This document shows, piece by piece, positions 38,240-46,746 of a stretch of DNA of 64,000 bases. The position numbers and the translations under genes are program-made. Origin of the DNA: an uncultured Mycoplasmatota bacterium (lineage in GTDB: Bacteria > Bacillota_I > Bacilli_A > RF39 > UBA660); assembly GCA_900546715.1 (NCBI GenBank), contig UREA01000005.1, positions 5,032-69,031 on the forward strand, in the 5' to 3' direction. Each line of letters opens with the position of its first letter. The stretch's first letter is position 1. The notes beneath the pieces were generated by a model. It searched no databases. It saw only the letters and a program-made list of their open reading frames with translations, and was not told the origin of the DNA.

Positions 38240-38559
38240 TAGACAATTTTAACAAAAATACTTTCATATTTTCCTGGACTATTTCTTCACCCTATAATAT
38301 TTGGAGGGGTCGAACTTTTAAAGTCTCTTGACACATCCCTCATCAGGACTTCGCAACCAATCAACCATTCAATGATTATATAATCATTCCAGACTTAGGT
38401 ATTTCTACCATATCTTATTCTATTTATTGTTAATAGTTTCCCGCATTCATATTATCATATCTCATATAATATTGTAGCTAAATAGACTTTAGGTGTTATT
38501 GGATTTTGAACGATTCTCAGTGCTAATTTACCATCTTAACACTCCGGCCAGAAATATTA

Positions 38560-38648
38560 ACCGGTACGCCCAAACTGTTTACCAGCTTGAGATAATTGTG
38601 AAGTATAACTCTGCAGTCCTTCTTCACTCAGGTCAGAAACTTTCTTGA
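38560..38648 (-). CDS. tail tape measure protein, exon 2 (89 nt micro-exon)
   Basis: Encodes (F)KKVSDLSEEGLQSYTSQLSQAGKQFGRTG, which matches the TMP consensus ..ALTEFRKVSDLSgE.. when joined to exon 1. It falls below the ORF-track length threshold. Confidence 0.75.
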
Positions 38649-39046
38649 CATTTATATTAGGAAGTAATTGATAAAATATCAATTATATGGACGCTACTCC
38701 ATTCCCCTGTTTATATAACAGCTTTAATTTTCATTAAAGATTAGACTATATCTTCTTCTATAAATAATAGAAGTGTGCCATTTCAAAATACCAAACACTT
38801 GTATTTTTACTCCTTTTCAGGATAGTCGTTGAACGTTCCTTTATTCAAGGCTTCGCTGCTGATTATCTATTAATATTTACTTAGGATTTAACCATATAAA
38901 CATATTTTGCTTTTTTTCTACTTTCGTAACATTCACACTTAGGCATGTTTCATCCTTATGTTGTAGTAGCAAAATCTTTAAGACGTCCCAGCAATTAGAC
39001 ACATATTTTTACACTCATCTCACAATAAGCGAGAGCAAAAAAGTTC
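38649..39046 (-). mobile_element. group I intron, ORF-less (TMP intron 1)
   Basis: Follows exon U39047 and ends at G38649. Guide gctct (39036-39032) pairs with exon agagt. P7 strands are caacgacta (+ strand tagtcgttg, 38823-38831) and aagatatagtc (+ strand 38744-38754). The 5' half is near-identical to the tail-tube intron. Confidence 0.85.
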
Positions 39047-39320
39047 ACTCTGTCAATGCGCTATCTAATTCAAAGACTTGATCCACCATAGACCTAATAG
39101 CACTTGCCGAAGCATCCATAATCATATTTGCTTCTTGGAAAGTTAAGCCTATGTCCTTAGCAATGTCATTCAAATTTTTAGCACTATTTGTCGCCTTATC
39201 TAATCCCGAAGAATCAGCACTTATTTTTATTTTAGAATCTATTCCTTTTAACTGACTCTTTATACTTGATAAATCAAGTTCTACATCAGTTATAATAGAA
39301 TAATTAGAGCCTCCTGCCAT
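39047..39320 (-). CDS. tail tape measure protein, exon 1
   Basis: ATG at 39320 with RBS aaggatggg. Ends ..MVDQVFELDSALTE plus one nt. Confidence 0.8.
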
Positions 39321-39337
39321 AACTCACCCATCCTTCA

Positions 39338-39841
39338 TTATTTATTATTAATTTTGCTCCATGCAATAAGTATGGCTTCAGCCTGATCATCTTGAGTTTT
39401 CTTGCTTTTAGGCCCATGCCATTCTAATTTTAAATTAAATAATTTATTTGCCATAAGAATAGCTTTTTCCTTTAGCACTTCTCTTTTACGACCATCTTTT
39501 GTTCCATCGAACATATTCAACCTACTTCTCCAAACAGTAGGAGAAATATATTCAATTTCTATATCAAAATTAACACAAATATCAAAAATAAAACCATGAA
39601 CAGCCCCCAATAATAAAAGATTTTTACTACTTCTGCTTTCTAAAGGGACATCTTCCATATAAGCCATTATAGGTTCATATTTTTTAATTATTTCTTCTAT
39701 TTGATCTTTTTGTTCTTTCAATCTTTGATGCCATTCATCACTCTTAGCTCTGATTTCTGTACTGTAAACTAAATTTTTATTATTAAAAATAGAAATACCA
39801 GTACAAGTAGTGGACGCATCAATCCCCATAACTACACTCAT
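39338..39841 (-). CDS. RuvC-like Holliday junction resolvase
   Basis: Catalytic acidic residues in MGIDASTT, AYMEDVP and DDQAEAILIAW. 167 aa. Confidence 0.7.
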   Translation of the reverse strand: MSVVMGIDASTTCTGISIFNNKNLVYSTEIRAKSDEWHQRLKEQKDQIEEIIKKYEPIMAYMEDVPLESRSSKNLLLLGAVHGFIFDICVNFDIEIEYISPTVWRSRLNMFDGTKDGRKREVLKEKAILMANKLFNLKLEWHGPKSKKTQDDQAEAILIAWSKINNK

Positions 39842-40323
39842 TAACTTTTATCCAATCCAATACCAGAAGTATGGCGTTTCCATCTTAATCCAGCAGCAGT
39901 CATTCCAGCTTCAAAATATTGTCTTAATTTATTTTTTCCTAAAACTTTCTGAAGTTGTTTAAAAGCATTTCTTTTGGTAGTCCAAAATCCTGTTCCAAAT
40001 ACATGCCCCGCCATACCTTCGTAAATAATATCAACTAATCCTTGCCTAACATCTTCTCCTGTAAATACAGAAGGGTGGTATCCTAATTTTTCAGGAGCCC
40101 ATTTAAACTCTGATGAAATTCCTCCACCACCCCCTGATGTTGCTTCCCAGGCTTCTCCAAAAGTATAAGTTCTTCCATACACGTTGGGAGACCCTGCATT
40201 ATATACTACTTCTTGAATAATATCATAATTTTCTTCTAAAATTTTGTCAGCAGTATAATCAACGGCTTTTTGCAAGGCAGGTTCTAACAATGCTCTTAAT
40301 TCCGCATCATTTCGAGCGCCCAT
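39841..40323 (-). CDS. hypothetical tail-module protein
   Basis: ORF track. GC-richer than its neighbours. Overlaps the upstream gene by 17 nt. Confidence 0.3.
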   Translation of the reverse strand: MGARNDAELRALLEPALQKAVDYTADKILEENYDIIQEVVYNAGSPNVYGRTYTFGEAWEATSGGGGGISSEFKWAPEKLGYHPSVFTGEDVRQGLVDIIYEGMAGHVFGTGFWTTKRNAFKQLQKVLGKNKLRQYFEAGMTAAGLRWKRHTSGIGLDKS

Positions 40324-40681
40324 TTTTCACCTTCAAAGAATTATCTATATAATTTACAATTTGAGTCAAACTTCTTTCAATAGAAGTATAATATTTAATA
40401 CATTTATCAATGTCATCTAAATTTAAAATTTGACTTTTCACAGTATCAATTAAACCAGAAGAATGTAATAATTCATGCCCATTCTTACTAATTTCTTCAT
40501 CTTTTATATCTGTACAAAAATGAAGAACTAAAACATCATAATTTATTTGTTTTTTATCCCAATCGTCAAATTTCATTACACCACGAGCAATGGCATATAC
40601 TTCAGAATAATCTAAATATCTTTTTACATGAACATCATATTCTTCAAGATAGATGGCATCTTTTTCCTTTATTTGTTTCAT
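40307..40681 (-). CDS. possible tail assembly chaperone (by position and acidic composition)
   Basis: 124 aa, located between the tube and tape measure genes. Confidence 0.3.
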   Translation of the reverse strand: MKQIKEKDAIYLEEYDVHVKRYLDYSEVYAIARGVMKFDDWDKKQINYDVLVLHFCTDIKDEEISKNGHELLHSSGLIDTVKSQILNLDDIDKCIKYYTSIERSLTQIVNYIDNSLKVKNGRSK

Positions 40682-40693
40682 ACAAAACTCCCT

Positions 40694-41098
40694 TTATAAT
40701 TTAATAAATTTTGCAATATAAGCTCCTCCTAAGCCTATTAAAACTAAAATTAAAGGCCAATTATTTTTTATATATTGCAAAATATCAAATTTTCCTTTAT
40801 CTTCCACTAATTGAATTTTGTTACTAACTTCATCTATTTTATCATTAGTTCTGTCTGATAAAATATTGAACTCTTCGCGAATTTCCTTAATAGATGTAGA
40901 TTGAAGCTCCATTTTTTCATTTAATGCCCGCATAGAATATTGCACCTCTTGCATAGTTTCACCCAACAATTCACAAATTGATACATTTCTATCCACCATC
41001 TCTTTTAAAAATGGGCGCGTACTTTCAATCTCGACCAACCTTTTATCTATATTATTTAATCTTTTATAGATTGCATCAATATCTTTCTCTACATCCAT
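40694..41098 (-). CDS. coiled-coil protein with a C-terminal TM anchor
   Basis: C-terminus NWPLILVLIGLGGAYIAKFI. Confidence 0.3.
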   Translation of the reverse strand: MDVEKDIDAIYKRLNNIDKRLVEIESTRPFLKEMVDRNVSICELLGETMQEVQYSMRALNEKMELQSTSIKEIREEFNILSDRTNDKIDEVSNKIQLVEDKGKFDILQYIKNNWPLILVLIGLGGAYIAKFIKL

Positions 41099-41404
41099 TT
41101 ACAGCGCCCCTTTAATAGACCACTTCCCATTTCTATCCTTAGATAGTTTTACATAAACTGGAACATAATCAAACGGATTTTTTAAGATAATAATATTATT
41201 TTTAACTTCTATATATAAAGAATTTTTCTTTTCAAATTGTACTTTATAATAATTCTTAGGTATCACTTCTGGTTTTTTTTTACAAGTATTGTTCATTCTT
41301 GGATTAACCCTATATTCATTATTTTTATTGCAATAAAATAAAAAAGGACAAAATCCATTATCTACATTGCATTTTCCAGCTTTAATATTAACATATTCAC
41401 ACAT
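41099..41404 (-). CDS. hypothetical Cys-rich small protein
   Basis: ORF track only. Confidence 0.3.
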   Translation of the reverse strand: MCEYVNIKAGKCNVDNGFCPFLFYCNKNNEYRVNPRMNNTCKKKPEVIPKNYYKVQFEKKNSLYIEVKNNIIILKNPFDYVPVYVKLSKDRNGKWSIKGAL

Positions 41405-41414
41405 TTTTCTAATA

Positions 41415-41446
41415 TAAATATAGGAGGGTTTTCCCTCCTATATTTA
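41415..41446 (-). terminator. hairpin after the tube/Ig-like genes
   Basis: Stem ataggaggg/ccctcctat. Confidence 0.45.
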
Positions 41447-41457
41447 TCAACTATAAA

Positions 41458-41790
41458 TTATTCTACAGTCACCTTAACAAATGCAGGTTCTACTTTGCCC
41501 GTATAATCAGTTAAATTAACAGAAACAATAGCTGTACCAGCAATAGAACCAGCAGTTATTTTACCATCATGTGCCCCAACAGCAGTACCGGTAGCAGTAG
41601 AAGCAGGATCACTTTCTATTGCAAAAGTAAAGTTAGAATTATCTTTCCGCTGTGCAGGAAGAGTACCTTTATAAATTACTCTAACAGATAAGGTTTCAGT
41701 CCCATTTTGAGAAAGTTCAACATCACCGTTTTCTACAGCAATACCAATAACATCATCCTGCCATTTAGCATTATAAATTTCCTCGGTCAT
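41458..41790 (-). CDS. Ig-like (Big_2-type) domain protein, in frame with the tube gene behind a single TAA
   Basis: Typical Big_2 pattern ..VELSQNGTETLSVRVIYKG...GKITAGSIAGTAIVSVNL.. . Own ATG with a weak RBS (aagg). Confidence 0.55.
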   Translation of the reverse strand: MTEEIYNAKWQDDVIGIAVENGDVELSQNGTETLSVRVIYKGTLPAQRKDNSNFTFAIESDPASTATGTAVGAHDGKITAGSIAGTAIVSVNLTDYTGKVEPAFVKVTVE

Positions 41791-41796
41791 AGTACC

Positions 41797-41888
41797 TTAA
41801 TAGGGGTCCTCTTCACAACTGGTCTCATCATTAATAGCTAAAGCAGAACCAGTTAAAGAAACGGTAGCAGCACCAGTAGAAGTTAGTG
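41797..41888 (-). CDS. major tail (tube) protein, exon 2
   Basis: Encodes (S)LTSTGAATVSLTGSALAINDETSCEEDPY*. An alternative 3' splice site after G41903 would add NQNLA. Confidence 0.6.
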
Positions 41889-43145
41889 CAAGATTTTGAT
41901 TACTTTATGTTCACATAAGTTCGTTAATCTTATGCCGTTTTTAACAGCTTACACTTTCGTGCAAGAACAGACTATATGTTCAACTTAATTGTTCGTTATT
42001 CGTCATGTCAATATACCCAATAGAATGACCGGCCAACAAATAATCAATTTCTTGTTGTAATCTTTCTATTGTAGGTATACTATCTTTTTTATCACCTAAA
42101 ATACGCAAAACTTTATACCCTTGATTAATCAACCAATGATTTCTACGTCTATCATAATCTTTCATATCTTTATGCCAAAATACCCCGTCATACTCGACAT
42201 CAATCTTAACATTATTAAGAATTAATAGACAATCTAAATTTATTTTATCAACAGGATAACCAGGTTTGCAATTTTCTTTACCATATAATTGAATTAACAT
42301 ATTGATAATTTTTTGTTCTGGCTTAGATGTTGGCACTGTTCCATTTTTATACATAGATTTTTTGGCCTTAGCTTGCAATATATCACTTTTAACAGGATTA
42401 TCAACACCATAATTTTTAATCATACTATTTTTAAATTTTTCTTGTCCTATTTTTGTTTGCATAGCATAAGGTTTGCCGTATTTAGAAATCATTGACTCTT
42501 TAGCTTTAGCCCGTAATTTTTTATTTCCCCATAAAGAAGTTGAATTATATTTTCTTAATAAAGTATCTCGTATTTTTAGTTGTTTACATTGTTTACATGC
42601 CTGTTTACCGCGATCTTTTCCAATATTATAATTTGCATATCTTGTTTGATATTGTCTTCCGCAATAATCACATATACAAATCACATTCATTCGACTTCTT
42701 AAAGGCATATCTTTTGCAGGAACAAAAAACTCATCACCAATATATGTATAATGATATCCTTTGCTAATATAATGTTTTTTATTATTTGAAGACCATTTTA
42801 CTGATATTATTTGATTATCATTAAACATTTCATTCCTCCTTTCTATAAAAATATAACGAACAATCAAGTGCCGGATTTTTCAACTCACTTGAGTTTACTT
42901 CCCCACAAGGGAATAGTCGTTGAACCTTTCTCTATTCGAGAAGTGGCTGCTAAATACCCATTGCATAAACACTTAGGATTTAACCTTATGTCATTCTTTG
43001 CTTTTTTTCTACTTTCGTAACATTCACACTTAGGCATATTTCATCCTTATGTTGTAGTAGCAAAGACTTTAGGGATTCAAAGCAATTAACCCGGAGCATA
43101 TACTAATCACTTAATATATGTGGCATTATTTTTAAGCAATCTTGG
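41889..43145 (-). mobile_element. group I intron with a homing-endonuclease-like ORF (tail tube intron)
   Basis: Follows exon U43146. An 8-bp P1 forms between guide gcttaaaa (43137-43130) and exon ttttaagt. P7 strands are caacgacta (+ strand 42914-42922) and acatatagtc (+ strand 41970-41980). A 40-nt block (42998-43037) is identical to TMP intron 1 (38907-38946). Confidence 0.8.
41980..42828 (-). CDS. intron-encoded putative homing endonuclease (zinc ribbon, K..k.SM..kYG repeats, C-terminal Vsr/DUF559-like PD-(D/E)XK domain)
   Basis: ATG at 42828 after RBS aaggagg. CICDYCG...CKQCK zinc ribbon. Three repeats: KAKESMISKYGKP, KFKNSMIKNYGVDNP and KAKKSMYKNG. The C-terminus IDVEYDGVFWH...GYKVLRI resembles a DUF559/Vsr-type nuclease. 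The stop abuts the P7 3' strand. Confidence 0.55.
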   Translation of the reverse strand: MFNDNQIISVKWSSNNKKHYISKGYHYTYIGDEFFVPAKDMPLRSRMNVICICDYCGRQYQTRYANYNIGKDRGKQACKQCKQLKIRDTLLRKYNSTSLWGNKKLRAKAKESMISKYGKPYAMQTKIGQEKFKNSMIKNYGVDNPVKSDILQAKAKKSMYKNGTVPTSKPEQKIINMLIQLYGKENCKPGYPVDKINLDCLLILNNVKIDVEYDGVFWHKDMKDYDRRRNHWLINQGYKVLRILGDKKDSIPTIERLQQEIDYLLAGHSIGYIDMTNNEQLS

Positions 43146-43797
43146 ACTTAAAAATTTCACCATCCATTTGTAATCTTGGTACATCAGTAATTAACCGACC
43201 ACAACGGGTCTGATCAGTTTGTACATTAATATCACCAGAATATAAATCATTTAAAATAACCACATGAAGTTCAGAAGGAACATATTGAGTTTTAATTCTA
43301 ATAGATTTAGCGTTCTCATTCTGATAAAAATACTTGACACAATAATGATCGTTGCTCTGAGAACTAGGAATCGTCATAGTATTGCCACTAATAGCACCGA
43401 TCGTCCAATTAGAATCAGCAGGTTTCTTATACCAACCAATTAAAGTACCATCGAACATCACAGGAGTCTCAGTGAGTTCAACATTGCCTCCACCACCACT
43501 GACTGTCACTTCTTCTTCTATAACAGATAAGCCTCCAGATTCAATATTAACGCCAAGAGAAGCCGCAATATACTCGAAGTTGAACATTGTGTCGGTCAAA
43601 GTGATAGCTAAGTTACTGTCATGGAAGAATTTACCCCACAAAGCATTACCTTGACCGCCACGAACTTCTTCGGCGGTAATAGTGAAATCGAAGGTAGTAT
43701 CAGTTAAAGTTTTAGCTACGCCAATTAACTCATTATTCTTAAAAATTAATGCACGACCTACGCCAGCAGCATAATGATTTTGAGCCATTAATTTCAC
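43146..43797 (-). CDS. major tail (tube) protein, exon 1
   Basis: Position and size fit a tube protein, and the exon ends in ..LITDVPRLQMDGEIFK. The stop codon of the unspliced frame lies inside the intron guide sequence. Confidence 0.65.
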
Positions 43798-44618
43798 TCC
43801 TTATAAAAATTATTAAAAGCAACATCCATATTATCTCCATAAGAAGTATTAGATGTCTGCTTAATAGTTGAATTGTTACCCATAGACTTTTTATATTCAT
43901 CTACATTAACAACATAATCATCAAATTTACCTTTTTTCTTTTTAAATATCCAATTATCAAATTTATCAGCCTGTCCACTATAAATAGCTATAGGCATAAT
44001 AACATTATATTTAATCTCTTCATACACTTCCGCAAATAAAATCGAATGACTACGATAAGTCATATCTAATTGTTCTTTTTTAGAAAGACCTGTATGAGAA
44101 GTAATAATAGCTATTTTTCTTTCTAAATTAGGAGAAATTAATCCTTTATTTCTTAATTGATCTTTTTCATCCATATTTTTCTTGAAATTGGGATCAATAT
44201 ATTCATCATCATATCCCGGAAAATTTTGATACAAAATAATTCGTTTTATATCATCAAATTCTTTTTGATTAATTTTAATTCCTAATTCTTTGTCTATTAT
44301 ATAAAATTTTTCGTCCTCTGTAATAATTTGAGGTTTTTTAAGTTTTAAACACAAAATTAAAATATTCAATAATTTTTGTATATTAACTTCATCTTGAAAT
44401 AAAATAACTACTATAAATTTTAAATAAGACATTTGAATTATTTCAATAGAAGAATTAGAATTTTTATCTACAGTTAAAATACCAATACTGCTAAGAAAAA
44501 ATTCACTATCTTTTAATTGTATTGGATATATATTAATCTCATTATCTTTTAATTTATATTTAACAGGTTCATCTAAATAAAAATACCTGGTTTTTAAATA
44601 TTCTATATCTACCATCAA
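43794..44618 (-). CDS. hypothetical head-tail joining/neck protein
   Basis: Position between the capsid and tube genes. Confidence 0.3.
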   Translation of the reverse strand: MMVDIEYLKTRYFYLDEPVKYKLKDNEINIYPIQLKDSEFFLSSIGILTVDKNSNSSIEIIQMSYLKFIVVILFQDEVNIQKLLNILILCLKLKKPQIITEDEKFYIIDKELGIKINQKEFDDIKRIILYQNFPGYDDEYIDPNFKKNMDEKDQLRNKGLISPNLERKIAIITSHTGLSKKEQLDMTYRSHSILFAEVYEEIKYNVIMPIAIYSGQADKFDNWIFKKKKGKFDDYVVNVDEYKKSMGNNSTIKQTSNTSYGDNMDVAFNNFYKE

Positions 44619-45181
44619 GAATCACATTCAGTTTCTATACCTGTATCGCCAACCAATACACTAATAAATAATTGTTTTCCTGTATATGTTTTTGAATTTC
44701 CAATTACACTCCTTGATAAATCATATCTCGACATATCTTGATGAAAAGTCATTTTCCCTACGCCATCAACTTCTGTACCATTCAAAACAGATAACAACCG
44801 ATTTACAATTAAATCTCCTCTTGACACAGGAATGCCATTATATCCCACCAAGGACATTTTACCACCATATAAAATATCAAAAGCATAAGTAACATTACCA
44901 ACATATAATGATTCAGGCTCAATATAATAATTATATATTTTTATCAAACATTTAGATTCTGCAATAGCATCCTCAATTAGATTAGTAAAAAATATACCAT
45001 ATTGTTCTTGAGGCCCACTCTTCCATACCAATTCCATTTTTTCAGAAAAAGTCAGATTGGGTTTATCTAAAGCATCATAATCATTATATTTCAACAATTT
45101 CCAAATAATCTCATCTGATAAAGCTAAATGTTTTAGAATATTATAAGGAATAGTTGGTAAAGCATAATAACTATTATACAT
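44615..45181 (-). CDS. hypothetical tail completion/neck protein
   Basis: Position only. Confidence 0.3.
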   Translation of the reverse strand: MYNSYYALPTIPYNILKHLALSDEIIWKLLKYNDYDALDKPNLTFSEKMELVWKSGPQEQYGIFFTNLIEDAIAESKCLIKIYNYYIEPESLYVGNVTYAFDILYGGKMSLVGYNGIPVSRGDLIVNRLLSVLNGTEVDGVGKMTFHQDMSRYDLSRSVIGNSKTYTGKQLFISVLVGDTGIETECDS

Positions 45182-45190
45182 AATAACCTC

Positions 45191-46489
45191 CTATCCCATC
45201 ATACTAATCACATCTAATGATAATACTTCATCAAAAGTAAAATTAGGATTATCATTTTGAATTTTAATATATATAAATTGCGGATTATTACTAATTTTTT
45301 TGCCAGTTATAGTAAACATATAATTGTCATTTTGTTCTATATCTATATAGTCATTAAACAAAACAATTTCATTTTCTGTCAAACTTAAAGACAACATAGA
45401 TAAATTATTAATTATTTCTGAACCATAATTAACTTCTATTTTAAATTGAATAGATTCAAATTGACGAATCTGACTGAATGCAGGTTGAATAATAAGTTTA
45501 GGCGTAACATTTTCTTTGTCTACAACTTTAATATTTATACTATCATAGACTTTTTTATTACCTTTTAAATATCCAATTATTTGACATTCTCCAGAAGAAC
45601 CTAAAACTGTATATTCGCCCTTTTTATTTATATTTACTATTCGCCAATTAGTTGAATACCAAATTATATCTCTCTCAACTTCTTCTCCATTTAACAAAAT
45701 CTGAGCTTCTAATACTCCTTTATCATTCTTAACCAATTCCATATTATTAGAATTAATTTTCAAAGTATAATTAAAAGTTCCATTATAAGCTAATTGATTC
45801 TCTATATCATCTTTCGCTTGAAGTTCATCAAGATATAAATCAAGATATAATAAAGTAGGTTCATTAGAAATAGATTTATCTATTATTGTATTTTGATATG
45901 CTAATAATTTAAACGGACGACCACCAAGAATATATCTGGTATTTATTTTGAAAAGTCTTAATGTATCTTTATTGCCTTGAACTATTACAGTAGCATGATT
46001 ATTAGGAGTAATAACATAACTACTAACTTGAACATTTGGAGAAGTCATATCATAATCAACTACACAAGGCACAACAAAAATTTTGCCATTTTCAGGATCA
46101 ACAATTTTTAAAACATTATTACAACGACGGACACCTATATCTTCATTAACAGCAGCATAACTATCTGTAAAATAACAAATCCAATAATTGTCATCAAATT
46201 TATAATATAAACCTCTTTTTACTTGATGATTTATATTTCTAAAAAGCAGACGTTTAAAATCCTGCCCATTTGTAAAACCTCTGTTACTTAATCCAACTAC
46301 ATTATCAACCCAAACTTCAATTTTCCTAAAGTCATAAGACCCAAAATCCACTTGTTCTTCTATGGTATATCTTGCAGAGGTATATTCCCATTGTTGATCT
46401 ATTGCCGCTTGTTGTTGATCTCTAAAATAATCATTAGGAGTTTGAATAATCCCATTATTTATCGCATTCTCAAAAAAACTATAATTCAT
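45191..46489 (-). CDS. structural protein with a C-terminal Ig-like domain
   Basis: Big_2-like segment ..GVLEAQILLNGEEV..IIWYSTNWRIVNINKKGEYTVLGSSGECQIIGYL.. Confidence 0.35.
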   Translation of the reverse strand: MNYSFFENAINNGIIQTPNDYFRDQQQAAIDQQWEYTSARYTIEEQVDFGSYDFRKIEVWVDNVVGLSNRGFTNGQDFKRLLFRNINHQVKRGLYYKFDDNYWICYFTDSYAAVNEDIGVRRCNNVLKIVDPENGKIFVVPCVVDYDMTSPNVQVSSYVITPNNHATVIVQGNKDTLRLFKINTRYILGGRPFKLLAYQNTIIDKSISNEPTLLYLDLYLDELQAKDDIENQLAYNGTFNYTLKINSNNMELVKNDKGVLEAQILLNGEEVERDIIWYSTNWRIVNINKKGEYTVLGSSGECQIIGYLKGNKKVYDSINIKVVDKENVTPKLIIQPAFSQIRQFESIQFKIEVNYGSEIINNLSMLSLSLTENEIVLFNDYIDIEQNDNYMFTITGKKISNNPQFIYIKIQNDNPNFTFDEVLSLDVISMMG

Positions 46490-46742
46490 ACTCTTTCTCC
46501 TTAGAAAGAATATTAATAATATGAAAAACTGTTCGTTTTACCTGACTATGCTCTGCTTTGTCTCCTAAAATATAAAGACCTTTAATAGCCGTTGCAATAT
46601 CATTATTATATCCTAAATACCAAACATATAATCTATCTAAATATTTAATATAAGTATCTTTATTAACATTTGAATCAGGAGAGTCAATTTTTTCAAATTG
46701 AAAAAGAATGTTATAAATTTCATTTATTCTTTGCTGTAACAA
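46479..46742 (-). CDS. hypothetical connector protein
   Basis: Position only. Confidence 0.3.
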   Translation of the reverse strand: MLQQRINEIYNILFQFEKIDSPDSNVNKDTYIKYLDRLYVWYLGYNNDIATAIKGLYILGDKAEHSQVKRTVFHIINILSKEKEYEL

Positions 46743-46746
46743 ATCA

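Larger units (their letters stand above)
37925..38559 (-). mobile_element. group I intron with a 3'-terminal ORF (TMP intron 2)
   Basis: Follows exon U38560. Guide gccgg (38548-38544) pairs with exon ccggt. The P7 3'-like strand aagaaatagtcc (+ strand 38276-38287) lies about 280 nt into the intron. The remaining 350 nt or so hold a promoter and an ORF. The 3' splice site is after G37925 or G37928. Confidence 0.6.

Noticed and set aside
40307-40323. Programmed -1 frameshift (G/GT-type tail chaperone) at the 17-nt overlap of 40307-40681 and 39841-40323
   Set aside because: The downstream ORF is in the +1 frame relative to the upstream one. A TGA lies directly before its ATG in that frame, and there is no canonical slippery heptamer. 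Ordinary translational coupling is more likely.
41890-41895. A 3' splice site for the tube intron placed by P10 pairing (3' exon starting aatctt, complementary to aagatt upstream of the guide)
   Set aside because: That position follows an A rather than the obligatory omega G. With a phase-1 5' exon it would create a TAA codon at the junction.
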